From positions 372,406-436,405 of the forward strand of contig JBMFNR010000002.1 in assembly GCA_049970055.1 (NCBI GenBank): 64,000 bases of DNA. The letters run 5' to 3'. Below are positions 10,600-20,799 of this stretch, one piece after another. The translations under genes were made by a program, and so were the position numbers. The DNA comes from Fervidobacterium sp. GTDB taxonomy: Bacteria; Thermotogota; Thermotogae; Thermotogales; Fervidobacteriaceae. Each line of letters opens with the position of its first letter. The first letter of the stretch is position 1. The notes beneath the pieces are model-generated. The model saw only the letters and a list, made by a program, of their open reading frames with translations, made no database searches and was not told the origin of the DNA.

Positions 10600-11238
10600 A
10601 TGCCGGTTATTAGAAGGAAGAAATCAAGCTTAGCTCCAACTTTTGTTGGCACTTTTTTGATAGTGATTATGATTGTTAGTTTAGTGCTCTCAATCGGCAA
10701 TTTCATAAGGTACCGTGAAATACTTCAAAAATACGAAGAGATGAAGAAGTACATTGATAAAAAAGTTTCAGAAGTTAACGAACAACTGGACCAAACGAAA
10801 ACATTGATAGGTCCTAATTCCGTTATTGACAAATATATATCGGCTGCAACACAACTAAGAGACTTTGGATATGATTTTGAGAAGATACTTAGCAATATAT
10901 ACGATGATCCCACGACAGGATACTTTATGATCTTTGTTGCAGGAAATGAATCAGTGTGGGTTAACATCAAAGATAAAGACCAGAACTATTTTTCAGGGGA
11001 ATTAAAACCGGGGCTTGCAAACTATAAATTTTTTTACTTCAAAGAACCAAGGATAAAAACTAACTACGACATAATCATAACACCAGAAGTGACAATAAAT
11101 GTAGGTAAAACAGGACGTGTTTACCTTTTATTTTACGGCGTTGGTGTAAAGTTTCATCCGACGAAAATTGTTCAACTTACCGATGTAAGATATGAGAACA
11201 TAGCTGAAAAATTTTCTTTATACATACCTGGTAGATGA
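10600..11238 (+). CDS. Hypothetical single-pass membrane protein
   Basis: Basic N-terminus, TM helix, coiled coil; good RBS. Confidence 0.7.
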   Translation: MPVIRRKKSSLAPTFVGTFLIVIMIVSLVLSIGNFIRYREILQKYEEMKKYIDKKVSEVNEQLDQTKTLIGPNSVIDKYISAATQLRDFGYDFEKILSNIYDDPTTGYFMIFVAGNESVWVNIKDKDQNYFSGELKPGLANYKFFYFKEPRIKTNYDIIITPEVTINVGKTGRVYLLFYGVGVKFHPTKIVQLTDVRYENIAEKFSLYIPGR

Positions 11239-11269
11239 CGGAAAAACTGAGCAAAATTTTAACTGCAGT

Positions 11270-12898
11270 TCACTTAATGCTACCTTCGGATGGTTCCGCA
11301 GATTCCATATTTTGTAACAAGTCGATATTTTTCCCACTACTTTTTGCTTTGTAGAGCAATTCATCGGCGCGTTTCAGTACACTTATTCCTTCATCGTCGT
11401 CAGATTTATCTATAAGTGTAACACCCGCAGAGAAACTTATCTTGAATGGTTCGTGTAATTTGTTGTTTATTTGTTCAAGTTCTTTTCTCATTCTTTCCAG
11501 TATCTTTTTTGCCCCTAACAAATTTGTTTGAGGAAGGATTATAACAAACTCATCGCCACCAAATCTGGCACACACATCTGTACCTCTTGTGTTTGAAATC
11601 ATAACATGGGCAAGTGATTTTATCGCTATGTCCCCCTTATCATGCCCATATTTATCGTTTATGGACTTTAAGCCATCAAGATCAATCATCACCACGGTTG
11701 ATTCTGTTGAGTACCTTTTTACCCTTCTTATTTCGTTTCTTAACGAGAGCATAAAGTATCTTCTGTTATACAATCCAGTCAGCGGATCTTTGAATGAAGC
11801 TTCTTCGAGCTTTTGTATGTAGTAAATTCTGTCGATGTAAGAGAAAAGTATGTTTAGAATATTCTCGAGACATCTTTCAGTCGCGAGCTTTGGAAGTTTA
11901 TCGTACATAAGTGTAAGAGATATGATTCGATCATCTATTTTTCTTTTGTGCTCTACTTTTTGTAGTGTGCTTTCTTCACTGATATTCAAGTTATCAACGA
12001 ACAAAATGCTGAACTGCCCGTTGTGAGAAGTTAATTCAGCTTTGGCGTATTTAATGTTACATTTTTCTGAAAGTATGTTCCCAATTTTAGCTGCTGACAT
12101 CTGATAGTTAGATTCTGAGAACGTATTCAGAAGCTTTATAATTATTTCCTCTTCGAAATCTCTTTTCCGATTTTTCGTAACGTCCACACCTACACTTATG
12201 GCTCCATAAGACTTGCCGTCCTGTACAAGTAGCTTGTTTTCCCACAGCACTATAATTGAATTACCTGACATTGTCAAAATCTCGTTTTCATAGGTTTGTA
12301 CCAACTCAACTTTGCCTTCCATTATCAATTTAAAAACGTTTTTGAGATTTTCTTTTATTTCATCCGGGATAAAAATATCAAACCAATTTCTTCCCAGTAC
12401 TTCGGTGAGCTTGTAGCCTGTTTTTTCAAGAGCCCATGCATTTATGTACTCTATATTACCATGCTGATTTAATACCACAAAAAAAACGGGGGCAAACTCA
12501 AGGTACATACTTAGCGTTTCGATTTTTTGGCTCAGGTATTCATCAATGAGTAGCTTTTGTGTTAAAACCTCTCCGATAATAAAGAAAGCTTCATTTTTTT
12601 CATCTGTTTTTTCATCCGTCATGGGTATAATCGTTAAAGAAAATTTTTCATGTGACTTGGTTTCAAATATTTCACTTATAGCCTTATCTTCACTTCTAGC
12701 TTGGTCAAAAAAGTCTTTTAAATTTTCTATAACATCAAATAAGTTATTTTTTTCGTGAAAAAGTTCTGGAAGATTAGGTGAGTGCTCCAAAATCTCCCCA
12801 CGTCCATTGCAAATCATAAGGAAAATGCTTGTGTCTATTAGTTTGCTTAACGTTTTACTGAATATCTTGCCTGATGTTTCGCCCATTTGATTTGACAT
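11270..12898 (-). CDS. PAS-domain sensor diguanylate cyclase
   Basis: PAS/PAC domain, DPLTGLYNRR, intact RFGGDEF with RxxD I-site (RGTD). Confidence 0.92.
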   Translation of the reverse strand: MSNQMGETSGKIFSKTLSKLIDTSIFLMICNGRGEILEHSPNLPELFHEKNNLFDVIENLKDFFDQARSEDKAISEIFETKSHEKFSLTIIPMTDEKTDEKNEAFFIIGEVLTQKLLIDEYLSQKIETLSMYLEFAPVFFVVLNQHGNIEYINAWALEKTGYKLTEVLGRNWFDIFIPDEIKENLKNVFKLIMEGKVELVQTYENEILTMSGNSIIVLWENKLLVQDGKSYGAISVGVDVTKNRKRDFEEEIIIKLLNTFSESNYQMSAAKIGNILSEKCNIKYAKAELTSHNGQFSILFVDNLNISEESTLQKVEHKRKIDDRIISLTLMYDKLPKLATERCLENILNILFSYIDRIYYIQKLEEASFKDPLTGLYNRRYFMLSLRNEIRRVKRYSTESTVVMIDLDGLKSINDKYGHDKGDIAIKSLAHVMISNTRGTDVCARFGGDEFVIILPQTNLLGAKKILERMRKELEQINNKLHEPFKISFSAGVTLIDKSDDDEGISVLKRADELLYKAKSSGKNIDLLQNMESAEPSEGSIK

Positions 12899-13040
12899 AC
12901 TTTTGTCCCCTTTATCTATTTTGTTTTATAGATATTATACCATCATTTTTTCAAATTATGGTATAATTTAGATGAAAAAAACTTCAAATACATGTTCAAA
13001 AACGCTTTCAAATACTTTTGCTTTTGGAGGTGGCTTTTAC

Positions 13041-14348
13041 GTGGAGGATCCACTAAGTTATCTGTGGAATATTTTAGTCGTTGTGCTGCTTATCATATTC
13101 TCGGCATTCTTTTCTGCTTCTGAAACGGCACTAACATCGGTTAGTCGTCATAAACTTAGAAACCTTGCCAAAAGTAAGCAAGAAGATGAAGAAAAAAGTG
13201 AACTACATGTTTTTAATAAGATTTTAACGGCTCTTTTAATCTCTAACAATTTAGTTAATATCTTGGCATCGTCCATCGCAGCGGTCATGTTTTCACAATT
13301 AATTAGAAACGAATCTTTAGCTGCTGTAATATCAACTATTGTGATGACGTTTTTACTACTTGTTTTTGGAGAAATTACACCAAAGATCCTTTCAAGGCAA
13401 AATAGTGAAATGTTTTTTGAAAAGAGCATGAAAGTAGTTGTTCCACTCTCTGGTTTGCTTTCACCGTTTGTAAAATTTTTCATAAGTATATCGAATTTTG
13501 TAGTAAAAGCTTTTGGTGGGCAGACGGTTTCAGATGCACCATTCATAACTATGGATGACATAGCTTCCTACCTTGAGATTGGGCGGGAGGAAGGTTCTAT
13601 AGATCATGAAGAAGGACTAATGATAGAACGTACAATAGCAATGGATGAAACACTTGTTAAAGAGATTATGATACCAAGAATTGATATCGTTGCTGTAGAA
13701 GAAACACAGACGTTGGATGAGGTCGTAAAAGTTATAATAGAAGAGGAGTACTCGAGAATACCCGTTTACAGGGAAACTATTGATAACATAGTTGGCATAT
13801 GTTATGCAAAAGACATACTTTCATTCATCGCACAAAGAGGTACGCAGGTCATGGAAAAAATTAGAGTTAAAGAACTTATGAGAGTACCTTTGTTTGTTCC
13901 CGAAGTTATGCCTGTTTCTGAATTACTTAAAGAATTCAAAACGAAAAAGGTGCATATGGCCATTGTTGTCGATGAGTACGGCGGGACTGCTGGTATAGTT
14001 ACTATGGAAGATATACTTGAGGAGATATTTGGTGAAATAATGGACGAATACGACGAAAATGAGAATACGGGTATAAAAAAATTAGATGAAAATACCTATC
14101 TTGCTGATGCAACACTTTCTTTAAATGATATAGAAAGAGAACTTAGAATAGAATTTCCGGAAGGGGAGTTTGAAACTCTTTCTGGTTATTTACTAGATAA
14201 GTTTCACCATATTCCAAAAGTTGGCGAATTATACGAAGAAAATGGTATAACTTACAAAGTAGTTGCAGCCTCACGAAACAGAATAGAAAAGGTTCTTATA
14301 AAAATCCAAAGGGAGGAAAAAAACAATGGATCAAAGCAAAATAGTTGA
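13041..14348 (+). CDS. CNNM/HlyC-CorC family protein (DUF21 + 2 CBS + CorC)
   Basis: FFSASETA, FGEITPK, YSRIPVY, VDEYGGTAG. Start GTG 13041 after GGAGG. Confidence 0.9.
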   Translation: MEDPLSYLWNILVVVLLIIFSAFFSASETALTSVSRHKLRNLAKSKQEDEEKSELHVFNKILTALLISNNLVNILASSIAAVMFSQLIRNESLAAVISTIVMTFLLLVFGEITPKILSRQNSEMFFEKSMKVVVPLSGLLSPFVKFFISISNFVVKAFGGQTVSDAPFITMDDIASYLEIGREEGSIDHEEGLMIERTIAMDETLVKEIMIPRIDIVAVEETQTLDEVVKVIIEEEYSRIPVYRETIDNIVGICYAKDILSFIAQRGTQVMEKIRVKELMRVPLFVPEVMPVSELLKEFKTKKVHMAIVVDEYGGTAGIVTMEDILEEIFGEIMDEYDENENTGIKKLDENTYLADATLSLNDIERELRIEFPEGEFETLSGYLLDKFHHIPKVGELYEENGITYKVVAASRNRIEKVLIKIQREEKNNGSKQNS

Positions 14349-14742
14349 ATTAATAGAACTCGCAAAGAAGGCTCGCGAAAATGCATACGCCCCATATTCA
14401 CATTTTAAAGTAGGTGCAGTACTTGTAACAAAGGATGGAAGTATCTTTACTGGAGTAAACGTAGAGAACGCTTCTTACGGCTTAACAAATTGCGCGGAAC
14501 GCACCGCCATTTTCAAAGCAGTATCGGAAGGTCATACGAAGTTCGATACACTTATTGTTATAGCTGATACAGAAAAGCCGGTGTCTCCGTGTGGGGCATG
14601 TAGGCAAGTTATGGCGGAATTTGGTGATTTCAAAGTTATACTTGCCAATACAAAAGGTGATTGGATAGAAACAAGTGTGAGTCAGCTTTTACCCTATAAC
14701 TTCGATAAAAAAGATCTCGATAAGGAACTCGAAAAAGAGTAA
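14326..14742 (+). CDS. cdd: Cytidine deaminase
   Basis: YAPYSHFKVGA, NVENASYG, CAER, PCGACRQ. Confidence 0.95.
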   Translation: MDQSKIVELIELAKKARENAYAPYSHFKVGAVLVTKDGSIFTGVNVENASYGLTNCAERTAIFKAVSEGHTKFDTLIVIADTEKPVSPCGACRQVMAEFGDFKVILANTKGDWIETSVSQLLPYNFDKKDLDKELEKE

Positions 14743-14788
14743 AAAAGGTTGAAAAAATAAAAAGTGTCTATCTTGAGGGGTGTCCTAA

Positions 14789-16306
14789 TTGATTGAATTA
14801 CTACACATAAACGAATATGTTTATCTAAAGAATGTAGACATGTACTTTTGTGAAGGTTTAAACGTCATATCAGGTGAAACAGGTACAGGTAAAAGTCTGA
14901 TCTTGGATATAATAGGTGCATTTTTGAACTACAGCTCTATAAGAAGTGATGTGTTTTCGGCTGATATGGTAGTTAATTTGCCATCAGATTATACAGAAAT
15001 TGGTATAATCCGAGGGCAGCATATATTTAGTGTAGATAAAAAAGGCAGAAGGATTTTCTATAAAATGGATGGTAAGCTGGTTACAAAAGATATTGTTCAG
15101 AGTGTAATTTCCAATATTATTTCCATACATAAGCAAAATTCTCATATGAAACTTCTCGAAAAAGCATTCATTTTAAAGATGCTTGATAATGTGGCAGATA
15201 ACGGTGAAAGATTAAATATATATAAAGAGATTTACAAACGCTACCGAAATATTCTCAATCTTATTTCCACTACCGACAAGAAAAAACTGGAAGAAGAAAT
15301 CGAAGAACTCAAAGGCAAAATCACTGAAGTAGAGGTCGCAAATTTATCTGTTCAAGAAGAACAAGAATTAGAGGAAGAGTACAAAAGAGCATCAAATGTA
15401 AAATCTCTTATCCAAAATTACAACGATGCGTACCAAAAGATTGATGAAGTAAATTACATACTCAGAAGGATTTACGCGTTAATTGAAGATAAATACCATG
15501 AATTACTTGACAAATCGATTGAGTCACTTGCAGAACTTGGAAATAAGATATCAAGAGAACTTTTAAATCTAGATGAGGTAGATTTAGAGGATGTAGAAAG
15601 CAGACTCTGGATTTACAAAAAATTGCGAAGAAAATACGGGCCAACGACTGAAGATGTGTTAAATAATTTGGAAAGTTGGAAACAGGAACTAAATGAAAAA
15701 CAGGAACTTCTAAGAATTTTGAATAATGCTGAAAGAGAGCAAAAGTCGATTGAAGCACAACTTTACGAACTGGCAAAAGTTATCAGCTCGGAGCGAAAAA
15801 AAGCAGCTAACAAGATTATTAAAGCAGTTTCACATCATCTTGCAGATTTGAACATGAATGCGAGAATTGATTTTTCTTTCATGCAAAAAGATATTGCAGA
15901 AGATGGTATTGATGATGTGGAATTGGTTGGTAGCACTTTGAGCACAGGTCCACTCTACCCACTGAGAAAGATAGCTTCAGGCGGAGAGTTATCAAGACTG
16001 ATGCTTTCATTAGAGCTCTCAACTATAAGCACTACTGTTCTTGTGTACGATGAAATTGATGCCGGTATAGGTGGAATTACTGCCGTGAAACTAGCCGAAA
16101 AACTGGAAAATCTTGCTCAAAATCATCAGATCATAGTGGTCACACATCTGCCTCAGATAGCTTTAAAAGCCCACAAGCACTTTGCACTTTTAAGAGACGG
16201 GGACACGGGCATTGTAAAGGAACTAAGTGGAAAAGAACGTGAAGAAGAGATCAAGCGAATGTTTGGTGGTGAAGATGTCGTTGAAATAATAAAGAAAACT
16301 AACTAA
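14789..16306 (+). CDS. recN: DNA repair protein RecN
   Basis: GETGTGKS, ASGGELSR, DEIDAGIGG, VTHLPQIA. Confidence 0.9.
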   Translation: MIELLHINEYVYLKNVDMYFCEGLNVISGETGTGKSLILDIIGAFLNYSSIRSDVFSADMVVNLPSDYTEIGIIRGQHIFSVDKKGRRIFYKMDGKLVTKDIVQSVISNIISIHKQNSHMKLLEKAFILKMLDNVADNGERLNIYKEIYKRYRNILNLISTTDKKKLEEEIEELKGKITEVEVANLSVQEEQELEEEYKRASNVKSLIQNYNDAYQKIDEVNYILRRIYALIEDKYHELLDKSIESLAELGNKISRELLNLDEVDLEDVESRLWIYKKLRRKYGPTTEDVLNNLESWKQELNEKQELLRILNNAEREQKSIEAQLYELAKVISSERKKAANKIIKAVSHHLADLNMNARIDFSFMQKDIAEDGIDDVELVGSTLSTGPLYPLRKIASGGELSRLMLSLELSTISTTVLVYDEIDAGIGGITAVKLAEKLENLAQNHQIIVVTHLPQIALKAHKHFALLRDGDTGIVKELSGKEREEEIKRMFGGEDVVEIIKKTN

Positions 16307-16331
16307 ATACCGCATAAAGTTGAAATAGTCG

Positions 16332-17720
16332 GTGGGTGATATTTTGTCCGATAAACTTTGTCTACTGACAAAAAATCCAGAGATTACAATCGAGCTCCAA
16401 GAACTATTATCGTTTGTTGGTTATGAAATACTTGAGTTCAATACAATCAATTCACTTTTCGATTCGCTATACGACAGCCAGAAATTCGATGACATTCAAT
16501 TAATCTTAGTCTACTCTCCCAATGTGAAAGAGAGTTTTTCGTGGATACGAACTTTGAAAACAGATGTTAATTTTAAGAGCATTCCAGTGATTTTAGTTAG
16601 TGAAAAAAAAGAGTACAACATAATTTTGGACGCTTACCAACTCGGTATTTCAGATTTTATAGAGCTTCCAATAATAGATGTTGAACTCATCTCAAAAGTA
16701 GCGCTACATATCGAACTGAAGAAAAGCAGAGAAAAAGTAGAAAATCTTTATTTGGAATTGAAAGAGAGTCTTAATTTAGCAACAAAGCTTCAAAAATTAA
16801 CGCTACCTTCTGAGATTTTTGCCGCAAATAAGTTTTGGTTTACGTCTCAGTACTTACCATTCCAGGTCGTTGGAGGAGATATATACGATTATTTTGACAT
16901 TGATGGTATAATATTTGGATACATCGCAGATATCTCTGGGCACGGTGTGCAATCCGCTCTTTTGTGTTCTGCGGTAAAATCTCTTGTTCGATCATTGGCT
17001 GCCAGAGGATTATCTGTTGTTGATGTCGTCAATGGACTTTACGAAGGTATAAGAACTTCACTAGCTAATAATTACTTGACAGGAATATTCTTTAAAATTT
17101 TTCCAGATGCAAATTTTGAGTACATAAATTGTGGTCACCCAAACATAATTACGTACGATGGTGCAAATTTTGAAATGATGGAGCTAAAAAACACATTTCC
17201 AATTGGATTGTTTGAATATACATACAGTCAAGAAGAAATGGGAAGATTTTTCATTGAAGATGGCAAAGTCTACATATTCTATTCGGATGGATTGTATTCT
17301 GTATTTGAAAAACTTTACCCATGGGAAAACTCGCACAAGTTGTTACTTAAGTTCCTAAAAGAACGAATTTCCGGGGTGCCCGGAGAAATACTTCCATTTT
17401 ACTTGGAGCAGAATTTTCACAAATTATATGGTGACATACCAGATGATTACTCGGTCATCTGCCTTGGAAAAAGTGATGAATATTGTCTGTTTGAAAAAAA
17501 TAAGAGGATTGTTCACACAAACGACGAGAAAATCATAAATTTACTTGAGAAACTTGAGCATTCTCAAATGTCCGATGAATATATTATATTCTCTAATATT
17601 CACAACAAAGATTTTGTGATACTTACAAAGTTTATTGAAACTGGATATATTCTCCGTTCTCTTCCGATGAGCATATCTCTTTCATTTGGTGATATCTCAA
17701 GTATAAGAGTTTTCAAATAA
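16332..17720 (+). CDS. Receiver-like domain fused to PP2C/SpoIIE phosphatase
   Basis: Receiver fold (IPVILVS...GISDFI) followed by VGGDIYD, IADISGHG, YSDGL, DDYS. Confidence 0.85.
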   Translation: MGDILSDKLCLLTKNPEITIELQELLSFVGYEILEFNTINSLFDSLYDSQKFDDIQLILVYSPNVKESFSWIRTLKTDVNFKSIPVILVSEKKEYNIILDAYQLGISDFIELPIIDVELISKVALHIELKKSREKVENLYLELKESLNLATKLQKLTLPSEIFAANKFWFTSQYLPFQVVGGDIYDYFDIDGIIFGYIADISGHGVQSALLCSAVKSLVRSLAARGLSVVDVVNGLYEGIRTSLANNYLTGIFFKIFPDANFEYINCGHPNIITYDGANFEMMELKNTFPIGLFEYTYSQEEMGRFFIEDGKVYIFYSDGLYSVFEKLYPWENSHKLLLKFLKERISGVPGEILPFYLEQNFHKLYGDIPDDYSVICLGKSDEYCLFEKNKRIVHTNDEKIINLLEKLEHSQMSDEYIIFSNIHNKDFVILTKFIETGYILRSLPMSISLSFGDISSIRVFK

Positions 17721-18366
17721 ACTCTTCAATATGCTTTATTACCTCAACGATAGCTTTATATTGCAAAGAAAGAGGCATAGAAGGTATATCGTTTTTTGGG
17801 TATTTCTCGGCTACTTGTTCTGGAAGGAATGGTACGTGGACAAAAAGCACGTATTTTGGATTACCACAAGTTATTGACCTGTGGAGCGAGAAATAGTAGA
17901 CTTCGTTGCATATGTACTGTCCAGCGGTGTAAGAAATAGATGTTGGAGTATTTTTGCTATTCAAAAATTGGGCAAGATCTTTTACTTTCACATTTGTCAT
18001 ATAAGCATCTTGACCTTCTTGTATTACTTTTTTATTACTTAAAGTTATGTTATCGTTATCTGCCAGAAGAGAGTCCATAAGATTTATTGCGATTCTTTCT
18101 AAGCTAATTGTAGCTCTTCCCCCACTTTGTCCAATGTGAAGTACAAAATCCACCTTTGTTTTTGAGTAGAAATCTTCGAGAACTTTAATACTGCGATCGT
18201 AACTTACCGGTAGAATAAGCGTATCTAAAAGGATATTCTCACGCAATTTTTTCCCCATTTTACCTATCTTTCTGACAATCTTTTCGCTTGGATTTAAACG
18301 TTCGCCACCGAATTTCTCAAATCCCGTAACTAAGATCTGGAAAAGTTTACTGTCTATACTTTTCAT
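17713..18366 (-). CDS. pcp: Pyroglutamyl-peptidase I
   Basis: LVTGFEKFGG..NPS, LERIAIN, AGQYICN, FVHVP. Confidence 0.93.
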   Translation of the reverse strand: MKSIDSKLFQILVTGFEKFGGERLNPSEKIVRKIGKMGKKLRENILLDTLILPVSYDRSIKVLEDFYSKTKVDFVLHIGQSGGRATISLERIAINLMDSLLADNDNITLSNKKVIQEGQDAYMTNVKVKDLAQFLNSKNTPTSISYTAGQYICNEVYYFSLHRSITCGNPKYVLFVHVPFLPEQVAEKYPKNDIPSMPLSLQYKAIVEVIKHIEEFI

Positions 18367-18627
18367 CGCTATCCCTCTCCTGTTTTTCCAGTTTTCTGGG
18401 TACAAATTCTATTATACCAGATTATATCGTAATTATAACAGATCTGTACTTTCGTACCGTGTATTCAATTAGCTGTCAACGGTTGATCTAATAATTGTCA
18501 ATAAGTGCCCAAATGGTTAATATATTCATGAAGTGAATTTTTTCTCAAATATTAACATTTTGGTGATTAACAAAGATTATCGAAGGTAGTAAAATATTCC
18601 TGTGATTAATGTTAAGGGGGAGTAGAG

Positions 18628-18894
18628 ATGGATAGTTGTAAGATATGGAAACCAACTGATGATGAGATTCAAAAAGCCAAAAGTTGGCCAACATGGAGTA
18701 AAGAAGAAAGTATTTTCGATTGGTACTATGATGAGCCTGAACAATTTTACGTAGTGGAAGGTAATGCTGAAGTTACACTTGATGATGGTTCAAAGGTATC
18801 ATTTGGTGCAGGAGATATGGTAAGGTTTGATAGGGGTGTAAAGTGCACGTGGAACGTAAAGGAAAAGATATTAAAACATTACAATTTTTGTTAA
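18628..18894 (+). CDS. Small cupin (DUF861-like)
   Basis: WPTWSKE..FDWYYD..E.FYVVEG...GAGD...W. Confidence 0.85.
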   Translation: MDSCKIWKPTDDEIQKAKSWPTWSKEESIFDWYYDEPEQFYVVEGNAEVTLDDGSKVSFGAGDMVRFDRGVKCTWNVKEKILKHYNFC

Positions 18895-18912
18895 CGAATA
18901 ACAGGGAGGACG

Positions 18913-19737
18913 ATGAACATGGCATATGTTTATCTTGCGACAACATTATTTGCCTTTTCGAGCATTGAAGTGTTTTCAAAGCCATTAATGGGGTTAGTTG
19001 ACCCATTTTTTATGACAGCCTTTCGGTTTTTACTCGGTGGTTTGATTCTTATGCTTTTCGTTAAGGAAGATATAGAATTAAGAGATTTCCTGCCAATATC
19101 ACTTATAGGTGCTCTGAACAGCATAATATCGATGACCTCTTTGCAGTTAGCTGTAAAATACTCAAATGCGTCGACCGCAGCAACATTAGTTGCATCTAAT
19201 CCCATATTTGTTTCTTTACTTGCGTGGTTGTTGCTCAATGAGAGGCACAACGCAAGAAAGTACATAGGTATATTCCTAGGATTCCTTGGTTTATTGATTT
19301 TCAGTTTTGGTAAGTTATCTGGTGATTCTTGGCTTGGTATATTTTTTGGCATTTTTGCAGCTGTAACGTTCGCTCTTTACACGGTACTGATGAAAAAATA
19401 CACAAAAAAATACGGTTCTTTGCGTGTCACTGCTTTTTCTTCACTCTCGTCGGGACTAATTTATGCGCTACTTTTGTCAGTTTTAGGAAAATTCACTATT
19501 CCCAAACTTAGCATATTTCAATGGTGTATACTTGTATACCTTGGTGTAGTTGTTACAGGCATCGCTTACCTAACATTCTTCAAAGCTATGGAAAAAATAG
19601 GTGCCACGCAATCAAGCAGAGTCTTCTTTTTGAAACCGATTGTTGCCACAGTGCTTGCGGTAATTCTGCTTGGAGAAAAGTTGGGGCTTTTGAAAATCTT
19701 CGGAATGGTTATTGTTTTGTTTTCTCTCATCTTGTGA
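18913..19737 (+). CDS. DMT/EamA family transporter
   Basis: About 10 TM helices forming two EamA repeats. Confidence 0.88.
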   Translation: MNMAYVYLATTLFAFSSIEVFSKPLMGLVDPFFMTAFRFLLGGLILMLFVKEDIELRDFLPISLIGALNSIISMTSLQLAVKYSNASTAATLVASNPIFVSLLAWLLLNERHNARKYIGIFLGFLGLLIFSFGKLSGDSWLGIFFGIFAAVTFALYTVLMKKYTKKYGSLRVTAFSSLSSGLIYALLLSVLGKFTIPKLSIFQWCILVYLGVVVTGIAYLTFFKAMEKIGATQSSRVFFLKPIVATVLAVILLGEKLGLLKIFGMVIVLFSLIL

Positions 19738-19882
19738 AAAATTGAATAAATGTGGAATGGTTTAACTAACGCTATATAATTGCAATTATACAATTAAATC
19801 TCCCAAAATATTGGCTTTTTTAATATGTGAAATTCTCCTTTTGTATGTTATAATAATCACGAAGTGTGAAGGAGGGATGTGT

Positions 19883-20377
19883 GTGGCCGTATGTGAACGT
19901 CATAAAGAACTTTACGAGGAGTTAGATAACTACATTGAACAGGTGAAGGATAAACCTGGAATTCTTATTGGTGTGCTTCACAAAGCGCAAGAATTATTTG
20001 GTTGGCTACCAGAAGAAGTGCAAGAACACATTGCACAAAAGCTTGAGGTTCCCGTATCGGAAGTATATGGGGTTGTTACTTTCTACAATTTTTTCGCAAC
20101 GAAACCGAAGGGAAGGAATCAAATCAAAGTGTGTCTTGGAACTGCATGTTACGTTAAAGGTGCCGACAGGGTTATGGAAAGGTTTTTGGAAGAACTCGGT
20201 GTGAAAGCAGAAGAGGTTACAGAGGATGGTTTATTTTCTGTTCATCCTGTCAGGTGTCTTGGGGCGTGTAGTATGGCACCGGTTGTGCTTGTTGGCGAAA
20301 AAGATTTTTACGGTAAAGTTACACCTGATATGGTTAGCAAAATTATAGCTGCTTACAGGAGGGGTGGGTCGCAATGA
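19883..20377 (+). CDS. NuoE/HydC-like [2Fe-2S] subunit 1
   Basis: CLGTAC...CLGAC. Start GTG 19883 after GGAGG. Confidence 0.92.
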   Translation: MAVCERHKELYEELDNYIEQVKDKPGILIGVLHKAQELFGWLPEEVQEHIAQKLEVPVSEVYGVVTFYNFFATKPKGRNQIKVCLGTACYVKGADRVMERFLEELGVKAEEVTEDGLFSVHPVRCLGACSMAPVVLVGEKDFYGKVTPDMVSKIIAAYRRGGSQ

Positions 20378-20754
20378 GTAAAGTGAAAAGTTTGGAAGAA
20401 TTAATGAAGATAAAGGAACAAGCGCTGCAAAGTATAAAGATGAGAGAGAGTGGAAAGAGAGGAAAGATCATCGTTGCAATGGGTACTTGTGGAATAGCTG
20501 CTGGTGCAAAGGATACACTCAAAGCCATCGTTGAGTATATGAATGAATTGAAGATAGATGATATTGCTGTAGTACAATCCGGTTGTATGGGACTTTGCGA
20601 AGTAGAGCCCACGATTGAAGTTTCACTGGATGGTCAAGAACCAATTATATACGGACATGTTACACCGGAAAATGCAAGGAGAATAATTCAGTCACACATC
20701 TTGGAAGGTAAAGTAGTCTCCGACCTTGTAGTTAAAAAAGGCGAGGTTGGATGA
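20374..20754 (+). CDS. Thioredoxin-like [2Fe-2S] ferredoxin (HndB/HydD-like)
   Basis: MGTCGIAAGA...SGCMGLCEVEP. Confidence 0.88.
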   Translation: MSKVKSLEELMKIKEQALQSIKMRESGKRGKIIVAMGTCGIAAGAKDTLKAIVEYMNELKIDDIAVVQSGCMGLCEVEPTIEVSLDGQEPIIYGHVTPENARRIIQSHILEGKVVSDLVVKKGEVG

Positions 20755-20799
20755 TTTGACACGATTATTTCTTAGTAAATCCTTAAGGAGGCGAATAGC

